NCBI GenBank assembly: GCA_040217195.1
Contig: JAVJNR010000004.1
Coordinates: 288,001-352,000, forward strand
Origin: Leptospiraceae bacterium
GTDB taxonomy: Bacteria > Spirochaetota > Leptospiria > Leptospirales > Leptonemataceae
DNA: 64,000 bases
Reading direction: 5' to 3'
Below, one piece after another: positions 1 to 10,639 of this stretch. Each line of letters opens with the position of its first letter. Position 1 is the first letter of the stretch. The notes beneath the pieces were generated by a model. That model worked only from the letters and a program-made list of their open reading frames with translations, searched no databases and had not been told where the DNA came from. The position numbers were made by a program, and so were the translations under genes.

Positions 1-27
1 TGAATAGAACTCTCCGAATCTTACTCA

Positions 28-738
28 GTGCGGATCAGGATCCTACAGCACGCCCCCTTTGAAGGACCGGGACATATTACAGAATGGGCCGCATCTCGTT
101 CCTTTTCGCTGGAAGTTATTCACACTTATAAAGGTATCTCGGCTGGAAACCCGGATGAATATGATTGGCTGGTAGTTCTGGGCGGACCCATGAGCGCCAA
201 TGATGATAAGCCCTGGTTACGAAATGAGAAGCGTGCGATTGCGGATGCTTTGAATGCTGCAGCGGCCGGTCGAGCGCATGTAATTGGAATCTGTCTGGGA
301 GCACAACTAATTGCCCAGGCTATGGGTTCACCGATTACCGATAGCGCGGAAAAAGAAATTGGCTGGTTTGATTTGAACTTCAGCCCGGAAGCCCGCTCCA
401 CCCATTTCTTCTCAGATTTTCCCGAATCATCCACAGTGTTTCACTGGCACGGGGAAGAATTTTCGCTGCCACCCAATTGTACAAATCTGGCCAGTACAGA
501 AGTGACTCAATGTCAGGGCTTCTTTCATGGCTCCAATATTTTCGGGTTTCAGTTTCATCTGGAAATGCTATCCAACGGAATTCAGAATCTGATGAAACAC
601 TGCAAAAAAGATATGAAAGACCAGAAAGCCCCCTATATTCAATCAGCCAGGGAAATTGAAGCGGGCATTGGAAAGCATCTTGCCGAAAATCGACGTTTGC
701 TGGATCGTTTCCTGGATGAGCTTGTGGAACGGACCTGA
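28..738 (+). CDS. Class I glutamine amidotransferase-like protein (GMP synthase-like subfamily)
   Basis: GGPMSAND, nucleophile elbow GICLGAQ, HWHGE and FQFHLE (His-x-Glu) motifs; GTG start. Confidence 0.9.
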   Translation: MRIRILQHAPFEGPGHITEWAASRSFSLEVIHTYKGISAGNPDEYDWLVVLGGPMSANDDKPWLRNEKRAIADALNAAAAGRAHVIGICLGAQLIAQAMGSPITDSAEKEIGWFDLNFSPEARSTHFFSDFPESSTVFHWHGEEFSLPPNCTNLASTEVTQCQGFFHGSNIFGFQFHLEMLSNGIQNLMKHCKKDMKDQKAPYIQSAREIEAGIGKHLAENRRLLDRFLDELVERT

Positions 739-764
739 CTCCTTCCTGAAAGCCAGGGGAGTCT

Positions 765-1304
765 ATGAACACAAAGCCAACCTTCAGAATTACTCAAAAC
801 TCATTCAAATTGGTCGCTGTTGCGCTGGCCTTTCTTTTTGCAGGATGCATGGGCCTCAGACCGTCCATGGATTCCGGAACATTCCAGGAGTCGACCAGGA
901 GATTGACCATTCCTTCACTGAGGGTTGAATTTCAGGTCCCGGAAAGCTGGACTGTGGAGTATTCCGGTGATGCGATCGAAACCAACGCTGCAGACCTGTA
1001 TCCATCCATGCGATTCGCACCAGCTCCAAACCGATGCAGCTACAGGCATATTTCTGACCTCAAGCAGGAACTGTCGGAAATGATCTATAAATGGAATCCC
1101 GTGAAATCCCAGACCGTCAATGGTATGAACGGCTACTCCTGGGAAGGGTTTGGACGGGAAGATGCCCTGGAATATACAATCCTGGTGTGGCTTCTGGAAA
1201 ATCAGGGAGGATGTATGGTAGCTGTGATGTTTACCCCGAACGATGTTTATTCGGAAAGCAGGGTTCGTGCAGAACCGGTATTCCAGTCCATTCGCCCATA
1301 CTAG
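765..1304 (+). CDS. Hypothetical lipoprotein
   Basis: GGGGAG Shine-Dalgarno (SD) before the ATG; hydrophobic stretch ending in lipobox LFAG-C; no confident family. Confidence 0.7.
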   Translation: MNTKPTFRITQNSFKLVAVALAFLFAGCMGLRPSMDSGTFQESTRRLTIPSLRVEFQVPESWTVEYSGDAIETNAADLYPSMRFAPAPNRCSYRHISDLKQELSEMIYKWNPVKSQTVNGMNGYSWEGFGREDALEYTILVWLLENQGGCMVAVMFTPNDVYSESRVRAEPVFQSIRPY

Positions 1305-1314
1305 GCTATTCTGT

Positions 1315-2391
1315 TTAAAGACTATTAATCTTGGTTCGCAAAGCAGATCGGGTACCACTGGAAGCCCAGTTGATCTGAAAATGCTCGTATCGTCCCAGAT
1401 CTGTGGTGGGATTTGGATTGGTAACTCCGGAATATTGAGAGCTTGTAATGGGCACAATGCAATCGCCACGAAAGCCGTCTGGATGAAGGATCAGACAGGC
1501 TGACTGCATGACCGTCGAAACAGAGCCATTATCATCAAAGCTATTTCCATCGTCGATGTCTCCATAGGTTAGATGAATTAAATGATCCCGACCGCTCTTT
1601 GCCGCAAGCTCGGTCAGAAATGGATTGGATGCACCGGGAATATTACCATCGAAATTGTCCCAGCGAAGATCGGATCCTCCATCCGTCTGTGTAATAAAGG
1701 AAGCCAGAGCACCCAGAAAGGATTTGCTTTCCTGATACTCCGGTGATGCCCAGGGAGATCCATGCAGAGGAGAGCCATTGATCAACGCAGCCCTTAGATA
1801 CAGCGGCGTACTACCCTGATAGAGCGCCGTTCTGGTCACTATGCCGCCCATACTGTGCGCATAGATGATCACCTCTTGCGAAGTGACAGAGCCAAACGTG
1901 CGATCCAACCAGTAACGAAAACGAGAGCCATTTAAGGCAATGGAATCACTGGTAAGATAATCAAAAATAAATACCTGGTATCCGTCCAGCAGCAGATTAT
2001 CATAGTCGGTGGTTTTGAAAAGATGGTTCCATTTGGTAACCAGGGCTCTGCGTTCCAGGTCATTGGGCGAAGGGTAATCCACATCGCTGCGATCTGAAGT
2101 GTCCCATCCAGAGACCAGAATCAATTTCTTCTGACCGGAGAAGGTATCCGAAGGCTGAGCTTCTCGAATGAAATTGATGTTCTCCTCATCGCCTACAACC
2201 AGAGGATCTACGTAATACAGCCGGGCCCAGTAATCACCGAGAGGCTGCAAAAGCCCCAGAAGATAGAGCACTTCATTCTCATCATCCTTCTGGCAGGCAT
2301 TTCCCTGGCAGGAAGCAAAAAGAGAGATTAGAAGAATGCCCAGAATGCGAATGGAGAATCTACGGAATCGCTTAAAACGGGCATATCTCAT
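1315..2391 (-). CDS. Alpha/beta-hydrolase fold lipoprotein (lipase/esterase-like)
   Basis: AHSMGG nucleophile motif and GSPLHGS. Start moved from 2556 to ATG 2391 (MRYARFKRF..., GAGG upstream), which gives a basic n-region and lipobox LFAS-C. Confidence 0.8.
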   Translation of the reverse strand: MRYARFKRFRRFSIRILGILLISLFASCQGNACQKDDENEVLYLLGLLQPLGDYWARLYYVDPLVVGDEENINFIREAQPSDTFSGQKKLILVSGWDTSDRSDVDYPSPNDLERRALVTKWNHLFKTTDYDNLLLDGYQVFIFDYLTSDSIALNGSRFRYWLDRTFGSVTSQEVIIYAHSMGGIVTRTALYQGSTPLYLRAALINGSPLHGSPWASPEYQESKSFLGALASFITQTDGGSDLRWDNFDGNIPGASNPFLTELAAKSGRDHLIHLTYGDIDDGNSFDDNGSVSTVMQSACLILHPDGFRGDCIVPITSSQYSGVTNPNPTTDLGRYEHFQINWASSGTRSALRTKINSL

Positions 2392-2586
2392 ACTAGGGAC
2401 CTCTGGAATGGAATCGCCCGGCAAATGCATTACTGCATCAGGACCAATTTTGCGATTAAAACAAATGATGGCTGTCCGGCAGCCGCAGGGCCTGCACTGC
2501 GAACTGGAAGCGCTCAGAAAAAATCCGGCATTCTTCAACCAACTGGCTGACCGCATAACTCAGGCTTACTTCCTCTACAACGCTGT

Positions 2587-4026
2587 TCAGTTAGCCTTTA
2601 CCTGAAGCTCACGATGAACTATATCTGCGCATTTGCGACCTTCGGAAATGGCCCAGACGATAATGGACTGCCCACGACGAACATCGCCGCATGCATAGAT
2701 TCCAGGAGCGCTTGTTTTGAAATGCTCTCCACCAATTCCAAAGCTGGCCTTGATGTTTCCTCGATCATCGTACTGCACGCCTGCTTCCTGCAATTGCTTC
2801 AAGAGTGGAGTCTGTCGTGGACCGGTGAATCCGATAGCAATAAGAATTAGATCCGCTGGTATTTCAAAGTCGGAATTGGGAACATCGGTTATCTGACGTC
2901 CCTCCTTTTCCACTTTGTTACCACGAACAGCCACTACGCGACCATCCCTGCCAACGAATTCCTTGGAATGAAGGCTCCATTCCCGGTTTACACCTTCCTC
3001 CTGAGAGGTGGACGTACGATACACCCTGGGATAAAGGGGCCAGGGATCGTTGGGACCCCGATCTTTTGGAGGAGCTGGATTATAATCCATTTGAGTAATG
3101 GACTTTGCTCCCTGACGGTTGGCAGTTCCAATACAGTCCGAGCCTGTATCACCACCACCGATTACAATTACATGCTTATCTTTTGCATCAATCTGGTCTT
3201 CTATTTTATCGCCTGCCACAACGCGATTCTGTTGTACCAGATAATCCATGGCAAAATGCACGCCTTCTAGCTCCTTTCCAGGAATTTCTACTTTGCGTGG
3301 TTCCTCTGCACCCATGGCCAGAATCAGAGCATCGTGCTTCTGCCGCAGTTCTTCAATGGTAATATCAATTCCAACGTTAATGCCGGTCTTGCATTTAACG
3401 CCTTCGATCTTTAGCTGCTCAAAGCGACGATCAATACGCCACTTCTCCATCTTAAAATCCGGGATTCCGTATCGAAGTAGACCACCGATTCGATCTTCCC
3501 GCTCATAGATGGTAACATCATGTCCGGCTCTGGCCAGTTGCTGAGCCGCTGCCAGGCCGGCCGGCCCGGAGCCAATGATTCCAATGGTTCGACCGGTGAG
3601 TACGCGCGGAGGACGGGGCTCTACCCAGCCTTCTTCGAATCCTCGATCAATAATAGTACGCTCCATGGCTTTGATGGCCACTGGAGGCTCATTGATGCCC
3701 AGAACACAGGCGGATTCGCAAGGTGCTGGACAAAGCATGCCCGTAAATTCCGGGAAATTATTGGTGCTATGAAGATTATCAAGTGCTTCCTTCCATCGAC
3801 CTCGATATACAAGATCATTCCACTCTGGAATAAGGTTATCCACCGGACAGCCGTGGTCGCCCTGGCAAAAAGGAACTCCACAATCCATACATCGAGCGCC
3901 CTGAATCCGCGCCGTTTCGTTGTCGAAGGACTTTTCGAATTCCTTGTAATGCTTGACCCTGGTTTCCACCGGATCCTTGGGCAATGGAGCCCTGCGATAT
4001 TCTTTAAACCCTGTTATCTTTCCCAT
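2587..4026 (-). CDS. gltD: Glutamate synthase small subunit
   Basis: RCMDCGVPFC..HGCP Fe-S motif, GSGPAG and GGGDTGSDC dinucleotide-binding motifs; directly downstream of gltB. Confidence 0.97.
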   Translation of the reverse strand: MGKITGFKEYRRAPLPKDPVETRVKHYKEFEKSFDNETARIQGARCMDCGVPFCQGDHGCPVDNLIPEWNDLVYRGRWKEALDNLHSTNNFPEFTGMLCPAPCESACVLGINEPPVAIKAMERTIIDRGFEEGWVEPRPPRVLTGRTIGIIGSGPAGLAAAQQLARAGHDVTIYEREDRIGGLLRYGIPDFKMEKWRIDRRFEQLKIEGVKCKTGINVGIDITIEELRQKHDALILAMGAEEPRKVEIPGKELEGVHFAMDYLVQQNRVVAGDKIEDQIDAKDKHVIVIGGGDTGSDCIGTANRQGAKSITQMDYNPAPPKDRGPNDPWPLYPRVYRTSTSQEEGVNREWSLHSKEFVGRDGRVVAVRGNKVEKEGRQITDVPNSDFEIPADLILIAIGFTGPRQTPLLKQLQEAGVQYDDRGNIKASFGIGGEHFKTSAPGIYACGDVRRGQSIIVWAISEGRKCADIVHRELQVKAN

Positions 4027-4047
4027 ATCGTATCCTGGAAGGCCCTC

Positions 4048-7000
4048 TTATATACGCGCCTGAGCCTTGTTCTGCTGCATTTTCATGGCATTCTCTTCTT
4101 CCATCTTTTGCAGCGCCATTTTGTAATCTCCAGGGATTACCTTTACAAAGTCACGAATTCTCTCTGGCCAATCCTTCAAGATCTCTGCAGCCCGTGAAGA
4201 GCCGGTATACTCTTGATGCCTGGTTATCATATGCAGAACTTCATCAATATCCTGAGGTTCTACCAGAGGCTCCAGGTCCACCATGGCCGGGTTGACTTGC
4301 TCCCGAAATTTATTCTCCGGATCCCAGATATAGGCTATTCCTCCGGACATACCGGCTGCAAAGTTTCGACCGGTTGTTCCCAGAATGACCACACGGCCAC
4401 CGGTCATATATTCGCATCCATGATCACCCACGCCTTCCACGACGGCACGAGCCCCGGAATTTCGCACTGCGAAACGCTCGCCAGCCATACCGTTAAAATA
4501 GGCTTCCCCGGAGGTTGCACCATACAGGCAGGTATTTCCGATTACAATATTCTCAGTAGGATCGAAGCCGGCATGCACTGGAGTAATCACCGCCAGCCTT
4601 CCGCCGGACAGTCCTTTACCTACATAGTCATTGCCCTGCCCTGTAAGTGATAGAGTTACACCACGAGTCAGAAAGGCTCCAAAGCTCTGACCCGCATAAC
4701 CGTTCATCTTGATCTGCAATGTATGATCCGGCAATCCTTCCTCGCCATATCGTCTTGCGATCTCTCCGGAAAGCATAGCACCTACAGTTCGGTCGATGTT
4801 TTGCACTGGTATCTCAATGGTAGTGGGCTCTTGATTTTCCAGCGCCGGTCTGGCTTTTTCTATTAGCACATGATCAATCTGCTTATCCAGACCATGATCC
4901 TGTTTGTTTACACAGTACAGTCCGGTGCCAAAAGCTGGTTTTGGCTTGTTCAGTATTTTGCTTAGTTCAAGGCCTCTTGCTTTCCAGTGATCTTTTAGCC
5001 TTACGGGCCGAATTCTCTCCACCTGCCCGATCATTTCATTCATTGTGCGAAAACCCATTTCGGCCATCAATTCGCGTACTTCCTGAGCCACGAATGTGAG
5101 GTAACGAACCAGGTGCTCCGGCTGGCCAGTGAATTTCTTACGCAGATCAGGATCCTGGGTTGCGATGCCCACAGGACAGGTATTCAGATGACATTTTCGC
5201 ATCATAATGCAACCCTGAGTCACCAGAGCAGCGGTCGAAAAACCGTACTCTTCTGCACCCAGCAATGCTGCGATGATCACATCTCGACCGGTCATCATTT
5301 TGCCATCACTGCCCACGACTACACGGTCTCTCAGTCCTTCGCCTACCAGGGTCTGATGAGTTTCGGAAAGTCCGATTTCCCAGGGGGTACCTGCATAGTG
5401 GATGGAAGAAATGGGGCTGGCTCCGGTACCACCATCATGACCGGAAATGAGGATATGATCTGCATGGGCCTTGGCCACACCGGCGGCCACAGTCCCCACT
5501 CCAACAGAACTCACCAGCTTCACACTAATACGAGCCTTTGGATTCACATTCTTCAGGTCAAAAATCAGCTGAGCCAGATCCTCAATAGAATAGATATCGT
5601 GGTGAGGAGGAGGCGAAATGAGCGTCACTCCCGGAGTAGAAAATCTCAGTTTGGCAATGTAGTTATCTACTTTATGTCCGGGAAGCTGTCCGCCTTCCCC
5701 CGGCTTCGCACCCTGTGCCATCTTGATTTGAATATCGTCTGCATTTACAAGATAGTGGGTGGTAACTCCAAAGCGACCGGAAGCCACCTGCTTAATGGAG
5801 CTTCGCATGGAATCTCCATTTTCTAGAGGCTTATACCGAATGGAATCCTCGCCACCCTCACCGGTGTTGGATTTTCCGCCAATGCGGTTCATAGCAACGG
5901 CCAGGTTTGTATGGCTTTCCCAGGAAATAGAACCAAAGCTCATGGCACCGGTTTGAAACCGCTTCAGTATATTTTCGATAGGTTCCACTTCTTCCAGCGG
6001 AATGGAATTTCTCTTATCCAGGTCGAAGAGACTTCGCAGAGTAATTCGATCCCTTCCAGTGTCGTAGACTTCCTGGCTAAATTCTTTATACAGTTCGTAG
6101 TTATCTGTATGAGTGGAATGCTGGAGTTTGAAAATAGTCATGGGATTCCACAGATGCTTTTCCCCGTATTTTCTATAGTAGTGATGACTTCCTGGTTCCA
6201 GAACCCCGGCATAATAGGTTGCATCATAGGCCTGACGGTGCCGGCGGATAGACTCCTCTTCCAGCATCTCCATGCTCATTCCTTCCACCAGGGTATAAGT
6301 TCCGGTGAAATAGGTATTTACCAGTTCAGAATCCAGACCTATGGCTTCATAAATTTGAGCCCCGGTGTAGGATTGGAGCGTGGAAATTCCCATTTTGGAG
6401 AATATTTTGAACAGTCCCTTTCCAATACCTTTAATGTAGTTCTTTCGTGCATCCTTAATGTCCTGCACTTCTGGTAATGCGCCTTCCTTATGCAGATCTA
6501 CCAGTGTTTCGAAAGCCAGATAGGGATTGATTCCATTGGCCCCATACCCAAGAAGCATGGCAAAATGAGCCACTTCCCTGGGTTCGCCGGATTCAATGAT
6601 AAGCCCGGTCTTGGTTCTAAGGCCGGCACGAATCAGAAAATGATGTACTCCTGCCATTGCCAGCAGACTGGGTATGGCTGCCATATTCTGAGCCACGCCA
6701 CGGTCGCTCAGGATAATTAGATTATATCCGTTTCGCACAGCCTGGGCAGCTTCATCGCAAATCTGGTCCAGGCGATTTCGCATACCATGCTTTGCATCTG
6801 GATCAAAGAGAATATTGATTGTGGTGGTCTTGAAATTTCCCTGCTTGATGCTTCGAATCTTTTCCAGCTCATTGTTTGTGAGCACTGGATGTTCCAGTTC
6901 AATTCTATGAGCATGCTCTGGAGTTTCATCCAGGATGTTACCTTCCGGCCCTACCCAGGTGGTCAGATCCATCACCAGGTCTTCACGGATTGGATCGATG

Positions 7001-8616
7001 GGAGGATTGGTTACCTGAGCAAAGAGTTGCTTAAAATACCGAAACAGAGGTTGAGGTTTTTCGCTCAGCACAGCCAGAGATACATCATCGCCCATAGAAC
7101 CCACGGGTTCTTCGCCGCTGATGGCCATGGGTCGCATAAGAGTCATAACTTCTTCGGAAGTATAGCCAAAGGCTCGCTGACGCTCGCGGATGCTTTCATG
7201 ATCAGGCTGATAGACAAATGGAGGGTCTGGCAACTGACTCAGCCGCACCATCTGAGAATCGATCCATTCTAGATACGGCTTCTGATCTATGATCTGTTTC
7301 TTAATTTCTTCATCGTCCACGATGCGACCCTGCTCCAGGTCTATCAGGAACATCTTGCCGGGCTGCAATCGGCCACTATGAGCGACATTGGATGAATCCA
7401 CAGGTAGAGTCCCTACCTCGGATGACATGATAATCAATCCATCTCTGGTTTCAAGGTAGCGTGCCGGTCGAAGCCCATTTCGGTCCAGGGTAGCTCCAAT
7501 TACACGTCCATCGGTAAAAGCGACCGCCGCAGGTCCGTCCCAGGGTTCCATCATTGTAGCATGATATTCATAGAAGGCACGCTTCTGGGCGCTCATACCT
7601 TTCTTCTTTCCCCAGGCCTCGGGAATCATCATCATCATTGCATGTGGCAATGATCTTCCTGCCATGTAGAGCAATTCCAGTACGGTATCGAAGGTGGCCG
7701 AATCGCTCTGTCCTTCCATAATAATGGGCAGCATTCTACGTAGATCTTTCCCATAGTAAGGACTTTCCATAATCATCTGGCGAGCAGCCATCCAGTTGAT
7801 GTTTCCTCGAAGGGTGTTTATTTCTCCGTTATGAGCAATCATACGGAATGGATGAGCCAGATCCCAGGTCGGGAATGTATTGGTAGAAAAGCGCATGTGG
7901 ATCATGGCCAGCGCTGATTCCATATCCTCTGCTTTTAGATCCGGGTAGAAGTCAGGAAGCTGCTCGGAAAGAAGCATACCTTTATAGTTGATAGTGCGGC
8001 TGGAAAAAGATGGCACATAGTACTGGCTTCGATCCAGCTTATGCTCGGCTCGCACTCGACGGTCGATTACCCGACGGATTAAATACAGTCTTCTTTCAAA
8101 ATCGCTATTGCTGGTCAGATCATCGGATGCCTGAATAAAGCATTGCTTGAACACAGGCATGGTGGCCCGGGCTCCTTCGCCGCAATGGTTTTCATCGATG
8201 GGCACATCTCTCCAGGCCAGAAAGGTCTGCCCTTCATCCATCACCACTTTTTCAATGATGTTTTCTACTGCCTTGCGGACGGTTCTATTCTGAGGAAGAT
8301 AGACGAAGCCGATGGCATAGCGCCCTTCGGAAGGTAAAATGATATCACAGTCTTCTTTGGCCACGCGGCGGAAGAATTTGTCCGGGACCTGAATCAGTAA
8401 TCCGGCTCCGTCCCCGGTTTGAGGGTCCGCGCCCACGGCTCCCCGGTGAGCCAGATTGCACACCACCTGCAGGCCCATATCTACAACCTTGCGAGATTTT
8501 GTACCTTTGATGTCGGCTACGAAGCCCACACCACAGGCATCGCGTGCCATATCCGGGTCAAAAAGTCCGCTCTTTTGCGGTATAAAATTCCGGTTGCCTG
8601 CATTTTCCATATTCAT
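4048..8616 (-). CDS. gltB: Glutamate synthase large subunit
   Basis: Ntn Cys motif ACGVGF, HNGEINTLRGN, EPWDGPA, IKQVASGRFGV, CIMMRKCHLNTCPVG, C-terminal GXGXG region; 1522 aa. Confidence 0.98.
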   Translation of the reverse strand: MNMENAGNRNFIPQKSGLFDPDMARDACGVGFVADIKGTKSRKVVDMGLQVVCNLAHRGAVGADPQTGDGAGLLIQVPDKFFRRVAKEDCDIILPSEGRYAIGFVYLPQNRTVRKAVENIIEKVVMDEGQTFLAWRDVPIDENHCGEGARATMPVFKQCFIQASDDLTSNSDFERRLYLIRRVIDRRVRAEHKLDRSQYYVPSFSSRTINYKGMLLSEQLPDFYPDLKAEDMESALAMIHMRFSTNTFPTWDLAHPFRMIAHNGEINTLRGNINWMAARQMIMESPYYGKDLRRMLPIIMEGQSDSATFDTVLELLYMAGRSLPHAMMMMIPEAWGKKKGMSAQKRAFYEYHATMMEPWDGPAAVAFTDGRVIGATLDRNGLRPARYLETRDGLIIMSSEVGTLPVDSSNVAHSGRLQPGKMFLIDLEQGRIVDDEEIKKQIIDQKPYLEWIDSQMVRLSQLPDPPFVYQPDHESIRERQRAFGYTSEEVMTLMRPMAISGEEPVGSMGDDVSLAVLSEKPQPLFRYFKQLFAQVTNPPIDPIREDLVMDLTTWVGPEGNILDETPEHAHRIELEHPVLTNNELEKIRSIKQGNFKTTTINILFDPDAKHGMRNRLDQICDEAAQAVRNGYNLIILSDRGVAQNMAAIPSLLAMAGVHHFLIRAGLRTKTGLIIESGEPREVAHFAMLLGYGANGINPYLAFETLVDLHKEGALPEVQDIKDARKNYIKGIGKGLFKIFSKMGISTLQSYTGAQIYEAIGLDSELVNTYFTGTYTLVEGMSMEMLEEESIRRHRQAYDATYYAGVLEPGSHHYYRKYGEKHLWNPMTIFKLQHSTHTDNYELYKEFSQEVYDTGRDRITLRSLFDLDKRNSIPLEEVEPIENILKRFQTGAMSFGSISWESHTNLAVAMNRIGGKSNTGEGGEDSIRYKPLENGDSMRSSIKQVASGRFGVTTHYLVNADDIQIKMAQGAKPGEGGQLPGHKVDNYIAKLRFSTPGVTLISPPPHHDIYSIEDLAQLIFDLKNVNPKARISVKLVSSVGVGTVAAGVAKAHADHILISGHDGGTGASPISSIHYAGTPWEIGLSETHQTLVGEGLRDRVVVGSDGKMMTGRDVIIAALLGAEEYGFSTAALVTQGCIMMRKCHLNTCPVGIATQDPDLRKKFTGQPEHLVRYLTFVAQEVRELMAEMGFRTMNEMIGQVERIRPVRLKDHWKARGLELSKILNKPKPAFGTGLYCVNKQDHGLDKQIDHVLIEKARPALENQEPTTIEIPVQNIDRTVGAMLSGEIARRYGEEGLPDHTLQIKMNGYAGQSFGAFLTRGVTLSLTGQGNDYVGKGLSGGRLAVITPVHAGFDPTENIVIGNTCLYGATSGEAYFNGMAGERFAVRNSGARAVVEGVGDHGCEYMTGGRVVILGTTGRNFAAGMSGGIAYIWDPENKFREQVNPAMVDLEPLVEPQDIDEVLHMITRHQEYTGSSRAAEILKDWPERIRDFVKVIPGDYKMALQKMEEENAMKMQQNKAQARI

Positions 8617-8707
8617 ACTATCCTACAAACAGGGAACTTCCCCATCCCGACCAGAGTCCAAAATGGCTCGTTTCCTGTAAATGTACTAACAAAGAGCCCT
8701 ATCGACC

Positions 8708-9181
8708 TTGCTTTCGTACAGCCGTTTGAGCCCAATATTTTACACTCTACGCCAGATAGGCCGTCCAGGAACTCCACGAGTTGCCTGGTTCATGAGCATT
8801 GTGTCTCTGGCCTTGCTGATCCTGGTGAGTCCTGCCGGAGCCCAGCCAGATTCTGATCTGGAGCAAGAAGATTGGCGGATTGTGGCCCGGGGCCAGCCGC
8901 TGAAAATGCCCGGCTATGACCTGTTCAGCGTAAAGGTTGTGAATGAATCCGACCAGGATCGAAGCCTACTGGGCTTGATTCATCTGGCCGGTCGGTCCGA
9001 TTCCGGGAATCCAAAAACGACCGCCAAATGCCAGTTTTTTGCCTCCGTGCCTGCGGGCAAGTCTGTTGAGATTCAGGTTCCCTGTAAATGGGAGTCCGAA
9101 AAAGGAAAACAGGCAGATTCCATTGAAATAGAAATAGAGAAGACGTATCCGTTCCTATTGGAAAGCGAAGACGACCAGTAG
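8708..9181 (+). CDS. Hypothetical secreted protein (small, beta-rich, two Cys)
   Basis: Signal-peptide-like IVSLALLILVSPAGA; true start may be ATG 8792. Confidence 0.6.
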   Translation: MLSYSRLSPIFYTLRQIGRPGTPRVAWFMSIVSLALLILVSPAGAQPDSDLEQEDWRIVARGQPLKMPGYDLFSVKVVNESDQDRSLLGLIHLAGRSDSGNPKTTAKCQFFASVPAGKSVEIQVPCKWESEKGKQADSIEIEIEKTYPFLLESEDDQ

Positions 9182-9360
9182 CAGAACTGACTCTGAGCTT
9201 GAATGCTGGACCGAAAATTTGCCAGCCCTCCACTGCTTTATTCTGGCTAATCGACTTCGCTTCCATCGACCAGAAATAATTGTCCCGCGCGCAACCATGC
9301 CTGCGGGACTCGATCTGGAATGGACATTTCACGATCGGCTAATCGGGCCTATGCGACGTC

Positions 9361-9645
9361 CTATTTGATCCTATCCGGAGTTACCCATTCATCCCAGGAA
9401 TCGCTCCAACCGGTGTAATGGATAAAGTACTGGCTACAGTCATCCTTTACTTTAAGGATTTGAGCTTCGTACCATTTACCTTTCCATTGAACCTGTACCG
9501 TCTGGGCCACATCGTAATCGCATTCGGCGGTATTCATTGGCGCTGGAGCCTTTGGGCCGGGAGTCAATTGCGCTGGATAGGCAATAGCCACAGAAAAGGC
9601 TCCCAGAGTTAAACCAAAGGTCAGAAGTAAGCGAGTTAAATTCAT
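9361..9645 (-). CDS. Small secreted Tudor-knot/chromo-barrel (Agenet-like) domain protein
   Basis: GGGGG SD; signal peptide; domain [17 protein letters not shown]...[16 protein letters not shown] matches the chromo-barrel consensus. Confidence 0.85.
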   Translation of the reverse strand: MNLTRLLLTFGLTLGAFSVAIAYPAQLTPGPKAPAPMNTAECDYDVAQTVQVQWKGKWYEAQILKVKDDCSQYFIHYTGWSDSWDEWVTPDRIK

Positions 9646-9785
9646 AAAAAGTCCCCCATTTCAGGCCCTTGATTATCCCGGTCCATCCAGGCACATGCAA
9701 GATCTTTTTTTGGCATTGAACTAACCTATTCAAGCTATCAGAAAGGACTATGCATCCAGCTGTACGGGGCTCCTTGTTGCGGGTT

Positions 9786-10394
9786 TCAAATACCGCTGGA
9801 AATATGCACGACAAGGATTCGAATACCAATACCCAGAAGGATGAGCCCGCCCAGAACGGCTGCGTATCGATCCAGCCGGCGGCCCAGAATGACCTTTCCC
9901 AGCAGAACACCTACCAGGCTCATTATGGCAGCCACAACGCCAATAAAGATAACAGGTATTAGGATGCCTGAATACAGAACGGAAAAACTCAGGCCGGCTG
10001 CCAGAGCATCAATACTGGTTGCAATAGATAGAACGAGAAGACCCTTCCAGGTTAGAACTCGACCGGTGTCGTCCTCAGGATTCTCCCCCTCCCATGCTTC
10101 GTGAAACAGCTTCAATGAAATAAGAGCAAGAAGAATGAAAGCAACCCAGTGATCGAAGGGAGCTAGAAATTCTGTGAATGCTTTGCCGCCCATCCAGCCC
10201 ATCAAAGGCATTAGACCCTGGAAGAATCCAAAGAGACAGGCCATTCGCAAGGCCTGGGCGACGGACATTATTTTCCTTCCCAGGCTTGCGGCGAAGGCCA
10301 CAGAAAAACAATCCATAGCCAGTCCGAAGGAAATCATAGCGATATCAAGTAGGTCCAACTCAACCAACGAAGGCAGCACCAACCTCTGGAGCAA
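9786..10394 (-). CDS. mntP: Manganese efflux pump MntP family
   Basis: GLAMDCFSV, FGFFQGLMP, DHWVAFILL and ATSIDALAAG motifs; about 6 TM segments; start may be TTG 10358. Confidence 0.92.
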   Translation of the reverse strand: MLQRLVLPSLVELDLLDIAMISFGLAMDCFSVAFAASLGRKIMSVAQALRMACLFGFFQGLMPLMGWMGGKAFTEFLAPFDHWVAFILLALISLKLFHEAWEGENPEDDTGRVLTWKGLLVLSIATSIDALAAGLSFSVLYSGILIPVIFIGVVAAIMSLVGVLLGKVILGRRLDRYAAVLGGLILLGIGIRILVVHISSGI

Positions 10395-10639
10395 GAAATT
10401 TGCTGCAGAGACACCACTTCTGGTTCCATGGCAACTTGAACGGTCATGCAGCCAGATTCACTGAAAATCCAGGACCAGAGAGCTTTCATTTTTCGAAACA
10501 GCCGACTACAAAGAAGTTGACCTGGTCAGACTTACACTGCAAGCTCTTGCGATCTGTTATCCGGAAGGCCTGTTCGCTTTAGGCCTCGCCGCATACAATT
10601 TTCCAACGGACTTAAAGAGACTAATAGGGGACCTCTTCC

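Noticed and set aside
3520..8856. Long plus-strand ORFs opposite gltB/gltD (e.g. 3520-4197, 5113-5826, 5911-6477)
   Set aside because: Antisense shadows of strongly conserved genes, with no motifs of their own
10395..10639. yybP-ykoY manganese riboswitch upstream of mntP
   Set aside because: I could not find the characteristic GGGGAGUA...GAGACC core on the minus strand; only a short TGACC-t-GGTCA palindrome near 10518, too weak to call
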